Shown here piece after piece: positions 32,213 through 40,367 of a stretch of DNA of 64,000 nt. The notes beneath the pieces are model-generated. The model was not told where the DNA came from and searched no databases. It saw nothing but the letters and a program-made list of their open reading frames with translations. The position numbers were made by a program, and so were the translations under genes. Every line of letters starts with the position of its first letter. The first letter of the stretch is position 1. The stretch spans positions 2,496,001-2,560,000 of the forward strand of contig OY969474.1 of assembly GCA_963700145.1 (NCBI GenBank). The letters are read 5' to 3'. Origin of the DNA: an uncultured Acidobacteriota bacterium. GTDB lineage: Bacteria; Acidobacteriota; Thermoanaerobaculia; Multivoradales; UBA5704.

Positions 32213-32932
32213 ATGTCCGAAGGCACCGGGAGGTCGGTCCTGTGGTGGCTGTGCCTTTTCTTTTCGCCGCTGGTCCTGCTGGTCATCGAGCTGTTCCACC
32301 CCGCGGGGTTCACGACGGACCCCGGGATGTTCGCCTACCTCTCCCAGCCCGAGGCCCACAGCCCGCAGCACGGGGCGTTGGCGTACTTCGGGCCGCGGTG
32401 GTGGTTCACGCTTCACATGATCCAGACGGTGCTGATGGGCTTGGTGGCGGTCGGGCTCTGGCTGCTGGTGGACAGCTTCGGGCCGAGCGACCGGCGGCCG
32501 GCCGGGATCCTCGCCTGGCTCTCCCGCGTCGCGGCGTTCGTCTTCCTCATCTACTACACGGCGCTCGACTCGATCGGCGGCAGCGGTCTCGGGCGCACCA
32601 TCGAGCACACGCTGGCCATGAACCTGCCGCCCGACCAGCTCGCGGCGGTGGCGGCCGTCCTCGACGCCACCTGGACCGACCCCTGGGTTGGCGGCGTGGG
32701 CTCCTTCATCAGCGAGACCGGCTCCTGGGCGGTCTTCATCGCCGCGCTGGCCGCCGCCGGGGCCCTCTTCGCGGCGAAGAAGGCGCCCTGGCCGCCGCTC
32801 GTCCTGCTCGTCGCCTTCGGCTGGGAGCTGCAGGTCAGCCACGCCGCCCCGCACGGGCCGATCGCCTTCGCTCTCCTGCTGGTCGCGGCGTTCTGGCTCT
32901 GGTGGGCGTGGCGGCGGCGGGTGGAGACGTAG
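32213..32932 (+). CDS. Multi-TM hypothetical membrane protein
   Basis: About six hydrophobic segments with embedded His residues (FHP, LHMIQ, SHAAPHGP). Confidence 0.8.
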   Translation: MSEGTGRSVLWWLCLFFSPLVLLVIELFHPAGFTTDPGMFAYLSQPEAHSPQHGALAYFGPRWWFTLHMIQTVLMGLVAVGLWLLVDSFGPSDRRPAGILAWLSRVAAFVFLIYYTALDSIGGSGLGRTIEHTLAMNLPPDQLAAVAAVLDATWTDPWVGGVGSFISETGSWAVFIAALAAAGALFAAKKAPWPPLVLLVAFGWELQVSHAAPHGPIAFALLLVAAFWLWWAWRRRVET

Positions 32933-33129
32933 GCTTACACGAACCCGACGGTTCAGCCCGGCCCGCCACTTCAGCACCGTTTGCCCTCCCCGCGGTTGCA
33001 CCGCTTCCTATAGCGGACGGTGCTGCCGCGCCGCCGACAACACCTGCTTCGGAAAAGTGTCTCTAGGAGCGGAGTCGCCACAGGCGACCGAGCTCTGTCC
33101 TGCGGGTGTCGACAGAAAGGGAGGTTTCG

Positions 33130-33579
33130 ATGACTGGCTCTGAGAAGTTCACTTGGGGTGTTGTGCTGAGCGTCGGAGGGTCGGTTGCGCTTTTCGGCGG
33201 GATCCTGTTGTCGATGACGCTCATCGGGGCGTGCCTGGGAGTCCCGATGGCCGTGGCCGGCCTTCCACTCATGATCTGGGGAGCCGTCTGGGCGTATCAG
33301 GGTCGCTTCGAAAAGGCGCAAGAGGTCATCAGCGCCGGGATTCGAGAAGGTCTCTCCGCTGCACAGACTGCGAGCTTGCAGCCGGCTCCCAGGGTCGCAG
33401 TGGCTGTAAGCGGTAGGCCGGCAGAACTCGCCCCGGCAGCACTGAGCCTCGAAGGTTCGATCTCTGCAGAACCTTCCTTTTCGGAATCGGGCGAGGCGCA
33501 AGATAGGGAAGGAACAACTCCGGAAACTCCATCAGCACGGAAAACCGCAGAAGAGGACCAGCATTCAGGGGATGGCTAG
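33130..33579 (+). CDS. Hypothetical protein, two N-terminal TMs + acidic disordered tail; lower GC
   Basis: SD AGGGAGG before ATG 33130; GILLSMTLIGACLGVPM. Confidence 0.55.
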   Translation: MTGSEKFTWGVVLSVGGSVALFGGILLSMTLIGACLGVPMAVAGLPLMIWGAVWAYQGRFEKAQEVISAGIREGLSAAQTASLQPAPRVAVAVSGRPAELAPAALSLEGSISAEPSFSESGEAQDREGTTPETPSARKTAEEDQHSGDG

Positions 33580-34277
33580 GTCTCGGGACCCCTGCCGCCG
33601 TGTGCGGGGAGGGGCCGGTCGCCTGCCCGCAGCAGCCCGAGCTCCAGGGCCTGGAGGACGGCCTGCGTGCGGTCGCGCGCGCCGAGCTTGCCGAGGATGC
33701 TCGAGATGTGGACCTTGACGGTGCCCTCGGCGGTGCCCAGGGCCTCGGCGATCTCGCGGTTGGTGTAGGCCGCGGCGAGGAGGCGCAGGACCTCCGTCTC
33801 GCGCCGGGTCAGCGGCTCGACGGCGGCGGCCGCCGGCGCCGGCAGGGTGCCGCGGGCCGCTTCCAGACCGCGCAGCAGCGAGTCGGTCAGGGCCGGCTGA
33901 AAGTAGCTCCGGCCGGCCGCGAGCGCGCCGATCGCCTCGGCGAGCTGCGCCAGCGAGACGTCCTTGCGCAGGAACCCGCGCGCCCCCTCGCGGATCGCGG
34001 CCAGGACCAGCTCGCGGTCGTCGAAGGTCGTGAGGACCAGGCATGGCGGGGCCGCGGGGCGCTCGCGCAACGCGCGCAGCACGCCGAGGCCGTCGAGGCG
34101 CGGCATGCGGACGTCGAGCAGCACGACGTCCGGCGCGGTCTCGGCGATGCGCGCCAGGGCTTCCTCGCCGTCGCGCGCCTCGGCGGCGACCTCGAAGCGG
34201 TCGTCGAGCTCGAGGAGCTTGCGGATGCCCTGCCGCACCAGGGTCTCGTCCTCGACCAGGCAGACGCGGACCTTCAC
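33576..34277 (-). CDS. NarL/LuxR-family response regulator
   Basis: LVEDE, PDVVLLDVRMP, LTTFDD, GFLRKD, LTRRETEVL..TNREIA..EGTVKVHIS. Confidence 0.95.
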   Translation of the reverse strand: MKVRVCLVEDETLVRQGIRKLLELDDRFEVAAEARDGEEALARIAETAPDVVLLDVRMPRLDGLGVLRALRERPAAPPCLVLTTFDDRELVLAAIREGARGFLRKDVSLAQLAEAIGALAAGRSYFQPALTDSLLRGLEAARGTLPAPAAAAVEPLTRRETEVLRLLAAAYTNREIAEALGTAEGTVKVHISSILGKLGARDRTQAVLQALELGLLRAGDRPLPAHGGRGPET

Positions 34278-35392
34278 GGCGCCCGCCGCTCGGGCACCTG
34301 TGCCGTCACCGTGAATCCCCGTCCCGGGCCGGTCTCGACGGTGAGCCGCCCGCCGGCCTGCTCGAGCCGCTCGCGCATGCCGGTGAGCCCGCGCCCCGGC
34401 TGAAAGCCGTTCGCGCCGCGCCCGTCGTCGCGGCCGCGCAGCTCGATCGCCTCGCCGTCCCGCACCAGCGCCAGCCAGAGGTTCTCGGCCCCGGCGTGCT
34501 TGGCGGCGTTGGTGACGATCTCCTGGCTGCAGCGCAGCAGCAGGTGCGCCAGCTCGGCGTCGCCGGCGGCGAAGTCCTCGGGCACCTCCAGGTGGACGCG
34601 CGGGCGCGGCATCTCGGCGGCCAGCGTCGCGAGCGCCCGGCGCAGGTCGAGCCCCTCGTCGCGGCCGAGCGTCCCCACGATCTCGCCGACGTCGGTGAGC
34701 AGGAGCTTGGCGAGCGACTGGGCGAGCCGCACCTGCTCGCGGGCCGGGCCCGCGGTCTGATGGGCGGCGACCTCGAGGTTGAGGCTCAGGGCCACCAGGT
34801 GATGGCCGATGGCGTCGTGCAGCTCGCGGGCGATGCGCAGCCGCTCGGCAACCCGGGTGGTGTGCGCCAGTGCCTCGCGCGCCGCGCGCAGCTCGGCGTT
34901 GAGCAACGCCAGCTCGGCACGGCCGCGGGCCTCGCGGGCGAGCAGGCCGAAGGCGAGGAACGCCAGCACCTGGAAGCCGAGGTAGGGCGGGGTGAGGAGC
35001 AGCGCCGGGCGCGGCGACCAGTGGTAGCCGATCGCCAGGGCGAGGACGAGCGACTGGGCGGCGATCCAGGCGAGCCCAGCGCCGCGGCCGGCGAGCCCGC
35101 CGAGCTGCATGGCGACGAGCACCAGGAGCGCGCCCTCGAAGCCGTTGCAGAGGGTGAGGACGAGGGCGACGACACAGGCCCCCTGCACGAGGAGGAGCGC
35201 CAGCGCCGTCCGCCGCGAGAGCCGCGCCCCGCTCGTCCCGGCCCAGAACGCGGCGGCGAAGAGGAGGTAGGCCACGGTCCAGACGAGGAGGCGGACGGCG
35301 CTGTCGGCCCCCTGCGCCAGCACCGGCAGCCCGACCATCAGCCAGGCGGCGAGGCCGCCCCAGCGCAGCAGGCGGGCGTGCTCGGGGGACAT
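34274..35392 (-). CDS. HisKA_3 (DesK/NarX-type) membrane sensor kinase
   Basis: About five TMs, ERLRIARELHDAIGH, QEIVTNAAKH, DDGRG, GRGLTGMRER. ATG 35392. Confidence 0.93.
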   Translation of the reverse strand: MSPEHARLLRWGGLAAWLMVGLPVLAQGADSAVRLLVWTVAYLLFAAAFWAGTSGARLSRRTALALLLVQGACVVALVLTLCNGFEGALLVLVAMQLGGLAGRGAGLAWIAAQSLVLALAIGYHWSPRPALLLTPPYLGFQVLAFLAFGLLAREARGRAELALLNAELRAAREALAHTTRVAERLRIARELHDAIGHHLVALSLNLEVAAHQTAGPAREQVRLAQSLAKLLLTDVGEIVGTLGRDEGLDLRRALATLAAEMPRPRVHLEVPEDFAAGDAELAHLLLRCSQEIVTNAAKHAGAENLWLALVRDGEAIELRGRDDGRGANGFQPGRGLTGMRERLEQAGGRLTVETGPGRGFTVTAQVPERRAP

Positions 35393-35548
35393 CCTCCGAT
35401 GATACGCGCCGCCCCCGGGGACGCTCGTATGCCGGAAGTCGTAGACGGCGCCTAGGGCCGGCGGCGGATGCGGCGGCGCCGGCCGCGGTCTACGATCCTC
35501 CTCGGACGCCGCCGAGCCCTCGGCCGCGTCCCGACACGGAGGCAAACG

Positions 35549-36058
35549 ATGAACCCGTCCCGCAGAGAGCTGTTCCAAGGCGCCGCGGTCGCCGCCGCCG
35601 GCGCGCTCCTCGCCCGGCCCGCCATGCTCCTCGCCCAATCGTCGCCGCCGAAGGCCGCCCCGGACCGCGGGCCGGCGCTCGACAAGGAGATGGTGCGCGA
35701 GTTCGTGGTCGCGGCGCACACCAACCTCGCGCGGACGAAGGAGATGCTCGAGCCGCAGCCGGCGCTGGTCAACGCCACCTGGGACTGGGGGGGCGGAGAC
35801 TGGGAGACCGGCCTGGGCGGCGCCTCGCACATGGGCAGCAAGGAGATCGCCGAGTATCTGCTGGGGAAGGGCGCGCGGATGGACGTCTTCTGCGCCGCCA
35901 TGCTCGGCCGGATCGAGATCGTCAAGGCGTTCCTGGCCGCCGATCCGCAGGTCGTCCACCTGCGCGGCCCGCACGGCATCCCGCTGGTGCGCCACGCCGT
36001 GGCCGGCGGGCAGCAGGCAGTGGTGGACCTGCTCGTCGCGGCCGGCGCGAAGGTCTAG
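35549..36058 (+). CDS. Tat-exported ankyrin-like repeat protein
   Basis: SRRELF twin-arginine signal; WDWGGGDWETGLGGASHMG, AEYLLGKGA, AAMLG, GPHGIPL. SD GGAGG. Confidence 0.8.
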   Translation: MNPSRRELFQGAAVAAAGALLARPAMLLAQSSPPKAAPDRGPALDKEMVREFVVAAHTNLARTKEMLEPQPALVNATWDWGGGDWETGLGGASHMGSKEIAEYLLGKGARMDVFCAAMLGRIEIVKAFLAADPQVVHLRGPHGIPLVRHAVAGGQQAVVDLLVAAGAKV

Positions 36059-36696
36059 GTCAGGCTCTCGACGTCCGCCCGCAGCCGCTCCATCGCCTCG
36101 TCGTCGAAGGCGTCGTAGTAGCCGCGGATGCGGCCTTCGCCGTCCACCAGGACGAAGCGGTTGCTGTGGAGGATCGGCTCCTGGGGCGACGCCGTCCCCG
36201 GCGGCGGCGACGGCTCGACCGCGAGCAGGAAGCCCTCGCGCACCAGCGGGTAGACCTCGGCGGCCGGGCCGCTCAGGAAGAGCCAGTCGTCGGGCGCGGC
36301 GTAGCGCTCGGCGTAGCGCGCCAGCACCTGCGGCGTGTCGTGCTCCGGGTCGACCGTGAAGCTGACCCGGCGGAACGGCGGCTCCTCCCGCCCGCGGCCC
36401 AGGTCCGCCATCCGCTCGGTCATCAGCGGACAGGACAGCGCGCAGCGGGTGAAGACGAAGTCGGCCACCCAGGGGCGGCCGGCGAGATCGGCGCGGGTGA
36501 CCGTGCTGCCGTCGCGGTTGGTGAGCGCGAAGTCCGGCACCTGCCCGAGCACGGGCGGCGGCGCGGCCTTCTGCCCGCCCGCCAGCCGGCTCCACACCGC
36601 CGCGCCGCCGATCCCCACCAACGCCAGCACCAGCACCCCCCAGAGGACGAGCCGCTGGAAACGGCGCGCCGATGCCGGCGCGGGCGCGACGCTCAA
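36055..36696 (-). CDS. SCO1/SenC copper chaperone
   Basis: TM anchor, FVFTRCALSCP, VDPEHDTP, HSNRFVLVD. TTG start 36696 overlapping the upstream stop. Confidence 0.92.
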   Translation of the reverse strand: MSVAPAPASARRFQRLVLWGVLVLALVGIGGAAVWSRLAGGQKAAPPPVLGQVPDFALTNRDGSTVTRADLAGRPWVADFVFTRCALSCPLMTERMADLGRGREEPPFRRVSFTVDPEHDTPQVLARYAERYAAPDDWLFLSGPAAEVYPLVREGFLLAVEPSPPPGTASPQEPILHSNRFVLVDGEGRIRGYYDAFDDEAMERLRADVESLT

Positions 36697-37520
36697 TCGA
36701 CCCTCGCGCCGCGGCTGGCGAGGAGCGCGGCGAGGAAGCCGGCGATGGCCACCAGCGCGGTCGCCGCGAGCGCTGTACCGAAGGGCGGCAGCGCCGGCCC
36801 GAGGAGCGTGCCGTCGGGGTAGAGGGCGCGGCGCAGCGCGGCGACGCCGTAGGTCATCGGGTTGACGCGCATCAGCGCCGCCAGCCACCGCGGCGCGCCG
36901 TCGAGCGGGAAGAACGCCCCCGAGAGCAGCCACATCGGCACCAGCAGCAGGTTCATCACCGCGTGGAAGCCCTGCACCGAATCCACCCGCCAGGCGAAGG
37001 CCAGGCCGACGCCGGCGAGGCCGAGCGCCAAAAGCGCGAGGACCCCCGCCGCCGCCAGCGCCGAGCGCAACGTCAGCGCCACGCCGGCGAACGGGGCGAG
37101 CGCCAGGAACGGCAGCCCCTGCAGCCAGGCGAGCGCGGCGCCGCCCAGGACCTTGCCGCCGACGATCGCGGCGCGCGGCACCGGCGCCACCAGCACGCCC
37201 TGCAGGAACCCCTGGGCGCGGTCCTCGATCGTCGAGATGGTGGCGAAGATGGCGGCGAAGAGGACGACCAGCGCGACCGTGCCGGGGAAGAAGTACTCGC
37301 GGTAGTCGAGGCCGGCCGGGCCGCCGGGGAGGCGGAAGGAGCTCGAGAGGCCGCTGCCGATGAGCAGCCAGAAGAGAAGCGGCGAGCCGGCCGCGCCGGC
37401 GATCCGCCAGGGCTGGCGGAAGAAGCGCACGACCTCGCGGCGGGCGAGGGTGGCGGTGGCGAGGAGCGCCGAGGGGCTGCCCGGCGCCGTCGCGGCACCA
37501 GCCGCCGCCACCGCGCTCAC
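36693..37520 (-). CDS. ABC-2 permease (DrrB-like)
   Basis: REVVRFFRQP, YFFPG, EDRAQGFLQGVLVAPV, LSGAFFP, NPMTYGV. GTG 37520. Confidence 0.9.
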   Translation of the reverse strand: MSAVAAAGAATAPGSPSALLATATLARREVVRFFRQPWRIAGAAGSPLLFWLLIGSGLSSSFRLPGGPAGLDYREYFFPGTVALVVLFAAIFATISTIEDRAQGFLQGVLVAPVPRAAIVGGKVLGGAALAWLQGLPFLALAPFAGVALTLRSALAAAGVLALLALGLAGVGLAFAWRVDSVQGFHAVMNLLLVPMWLLSGAFFPLDGAPRWLAALMRVNPMTYGVAALRRALYPDGTLLGPALPPFGTALAATALVAIAGFLAALLASRGARVD

Positions 37521-38470
37521 CGCCGCTCCTCGGCGTAGAGAGGATGACCGGTGCGCTGGAGGAAGACGTCCTCCAGCGTCGGCCGCGCCACCGTCACCGC
37601 CGCGAGCCGGCCGGGGAAGGCCTCGGCCAGGCGCGGCACCAGCTCGTGGGCGCGCTCCCGCTCGAGGCGCACCTGCCGGCCGCCGGGCCCGTCGGCGACG
37701 CGCGGCGCCAGCTCCGGGAAGCGGGCGGCGAGCTCCGCCGCCAGGCCCTCGGGGTCGTCGGCGCCCAGGGTCACCACGTCGCCTCCGATCCCCTCCTTGA
37801 GCGCCGCCGGCGCCCCTTCGGCGATGATGGCGCCGCTGTCGAGGAGCGCCAGCCGGTCGCAGCGGTCCGCCTCGTCCATGTGGTGCGTCGTCAGCAGCAC
37901 CGTCACGCCGGCGCTGCGCAGGCCGGCGAGGACGTCCCAGAGGTCGCGCCGCGCGCCGGGGTCGAGGCCGCTCGACGGCTCGTCGAGCAGCAGGAGCCGC
38001 GGCGCGTGGAGGAGGGCCTTGGCGATCTCCAGCCGCCGGCGCAGGCCGCCGGAGAGGGTCGCCGCGCGCTCCCCCGCCCGCTCGGCGAGGCCGAAGCGGG
38101 CGAGCTGCTCGCCGGCCCGCCGCGCCAGCTCGCCGCCGGCGAGGCCGTGCAGCCACCCCTGGTGGAGGAGGTTCTCGCGCACCGTGAGCTGGAGGTCGAG
38201 GCTCGGCGCCTGGAAGACGACGCCGAGGAGGCGCCGCACGGCCGCCGGCGCGGCCGCGACATCGTGACCGAAGACGCGCAGGGCGCCGCGCGCCGGGCGC
38301 GCGAGGGTGGCCAGGATGCGGAAGAGGGTCGTCTTGCCACCGCCGTTGGGGCCGAGGAAGCCGTAGACCTCCCCCGGCGCCACGCTGAAGGAGACGCCGC
38401 GCAGCGCCGGGCGGTCGCGGTAGGAGAACTCGAGCCCGGAGGCTTCGACCGCGGCGGTCTCGGCGGTCAC
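37517..38470 (-). CDS. ABC transporter ATP-binding protein (DrrA-like)
   Basis: GPNGGGKTT, LSGGLRRR, LLLDEPSSGLD, TTHHMDEA. GTG 38470. Confidence 0.92.
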   Translation of the reverse strand: MTAETAAVEASGLEFSYRDRPALRGVSFSVAPGEVYGFLGPNGGGKTTLFRILATLARPARGALRVFGHDVAAAPAAVRRLLGVVFQAPSLDLQLTVRENLLHQGWLHGLAGGELARRAGEQLARFGLAERAGERAATLSGGLRRRLEIAKALLHAPRLLLLDEPSSGLDPGARRDLWDVLAGLRSAGVTVLLTTHHMDEADRCDRLALLDSGAIIAEGAPAALKEGIGGDVVTLGADDPEGLAAELAARFPELAPRVADGPGGRQVRLERERAHELVPRLAEAFPGRLAAVTVARPTLEDVFLQRTGHPLYAEERR

Positions 38471-39369
38471 GCCAGGCCGTCGACCAGCATGACCGCGAGC
38501 AGCGCCGGCAGGTAGAGGATCGAGGCGAGCATCAGCCGGCGGGCGGCCGGCGTCGAGCGCCGGCGCGCGAAGTCGACGCCGAACCCGAGGTAGGCGAGGC
38601 CCAGCACGAGAGCGCCGAGAAAGTAAGGCGCGCCGAGCAGCCCCTGCACCGCCGGCAGCAGCGAGATCGGCACCAGCGCCGCGCCGTAGAGGAGCACCTG
38701 GCGGGCGGTGCGCGTCCCCTCCGGGTCGTGGACCGTGAGCATCGGCAGGCCGGCGCTGGCGTAGTCGGCGCGGCAGAGCCAGGCGATCGCGAGGAAGTGC
38801 GGCATCTGCCAGAGGAAGAGGATGCCGAAGAGCGCCCAGGCGGCGGGGTCCAGCCCGTCGCGCACCGCCGCCCAGCCCATGAGCGGCGGGATGGCGCCGG
38901 GCACCGCCCCGACCACGGTGTTGAGCGAGCTCACCCGCTTGAGCGGCGTGTAGGCGAAGACGTAGCCCGCGAGGGCGAGGGCGCCGAGGAGAGCGGTCAG
39001 CAGGTTCACCGCCAGCGCCAGCTCGAGGAGCCCGGCGACGGCGAGCCCGACGCCGAAGAGGAGCGCGAGGTCGGGGTCGAGCCGCCCGGCCGGGAGCGGC
39101 CGCTCGGCGGTGCGCCGCATGCGCGCGTCCACCTCCCGCTCGAGGACGTGGTTGAGCGCCGAGGCGCCGGCCGAGACGAGGCCGGTGCCGACCAGGGTGT
39201 GGACGAGGAGGAGCCAAGGGAGGCGGGCGTCGCCGCGCGCCAAGAGGAACCCGAGGCCGGCGGTGAGGACGACCATCAGGGTGATCCCCGGCTTGGTCAG
39301 CTCGACCAGGTCGGCGAAGCGGACGGCGGCCAGCGGCCGCGCGCCGGCGGGAGCGGCGTCGGCCTTCAC
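38467..39369 (-). CDS. cyoE: Heme O synthase (protoheme IX farnesyltransferase)
   Basis: LTKPGI, DARMRRTAERPLPAG, YTPLKR, GAVPGAIPPLMGWAA, WQMPHF. GTG 39369. Confidence 0.95.
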   Translation of the reverse strand: MKADAAPAGARPLAAVRFADLVELTKPGITLMVVLTAGLGFLLARGDARLPWLLLVHTLVGTGLVSAGASALNHVLEREVDARMRRTAERPLPAGRLDPDLALLFGVGLAVAGLLELALAVNLLTALLGALALAGYVFAYTPLKRVSSLNTVVGAVPGAIPPLMGWAAVRDGLDPAAWALFGILFLWQMPHFLAIAWLCRADYASAGLPMLTVHDPEGTRTARQVLLYGAALVPISLLPAVQGLLGAPYFLGALVLGLAYLGFGVDFARRRSTPAARRLMLASILYLPALLAVMLVDGLA

Positions 39370-40307
39370 GCGGCGACCTCCTGCGCGGCGGCGGCCCGCG
39401 GCAGGGCGGCCGGCGCGCCGGCGCGCCGCGCCTCGAGGGCCAGGACCAGGCAGGTTCCGAGCAGCACCGCCCCCGTCGCGACGTGCAAGGTGTTGGGGAG
39501 GACGGCTTTCTGAGTGAGGACGACGGAGGCGCCGAGGACGATCTGCGTGGCGAGCACGACCAACGCGCTCAACGCCGGGACGATCAGCGCGCGCTCGCCG
39601 CGGTGCGCACGCAGGACGCGCGTCGCCGTCGTCCCCACGGCGACGGTCACGAGCAGCGCCCCGACCCGGTGCAGGTAGTGGACGCCGATGCCGAAGCTCC
39701 AGTGCGGCGGCACCAGCCCGCCGAAGATGTCCGGGAAGGTGGGGATCGCGAGCCCGGCGCCCGAGTGGCGCATCACCGCGCCGACGAGGATCTGCACGTA
39801 GACGAGGGCCACGGTCCACGTCGCCAGGCGCCGCAGCCGGTCGTCGCCCTCGCCTGAAGCTCCTCCGCCCGCTCGCCACCGCGCGGACGTCACCACCGCC
39901 AGCGCGACGACGAGACAGAGGAAGGCCTGCGCCAGCGCCGCGTGCGAGATCGACACCGCCGGCGGCAGGAAGAGGCGGACCGTGAGGCCGCCGAGGAGCG
40001 CCTGCGCCACCACCGCCGCGAAGGCCGTCCAGGCCAGGCGGCGCACCCAGCGGCGCGGCTCCACCCGCTGCGTCCAGAGCGCCAGCGCCAGGGTCAGGAG
40101 GCCGACCGTGCCGGCGATCAGCCGGTGGCCGTGCTCGGCGCGGACGGTGTCGATCTGCCACCAGCGCGGCGGGTTGAAGCCGCCGTAGGAGGTCGGCCAG
40201 TCGGGCACCGAGAGCCCCGCCTCCTTGCTCTTGACCAGCCCGCCGGCGGCGATCAGCAACACGACGGCGCAGGCCAGGAAGACGGCGAAGCGGTGGAGCT
40301 GCGTCAT
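39366..40307 (-). CDS. ctaA: Heme A synthase (COX15/CtaA), Cys-less loop variant
   Basis: AGLSVPDWP, AEHGHRL, QALLGGLTV, SISHAALA, VHYLHR, TLHVATG. Confidence 0.9.
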   Translation of the reverse strand: MTQLHRFAVFLACAVVLLIAAGGLVKSKEAGLSVPDWPTSYGGFNPPRWWQIDTVRAEHGHRLIAGTVGLLTLALALWTQRVEPRRWVRRLAWTAFAAVVAQALLGGLTVRLFLPPAVSISHAALAQAFLCLVVALAVVTSARWRAGGGASGEGDDRLRRLATWTVALVYVQILVGAVMRHSGAGLAIPTFPDIFGGLVPPHWSFGIGVHYLHRVGALLVTVAVGTTATRVLRAHRGERALIVPALSALVVLATQIVLGASVVLTQKAVLPNTLHVATGAVLLGTCLVLALEARRAGAPAALPRAAAAQEVAA

Positions 40308-40367
40308 GCGGGATGGGATGGGGACGACCTTCAAAGGCCGCCGGGAGTGTAGCGGAATTGGCGGCCG

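Noticed and set aside
28950-36050. Prophage or integrative element
   Set aside because: Patchy low GC, but no integrase, transposase, phage genes, tRNA or att-like direct repeats recognised.
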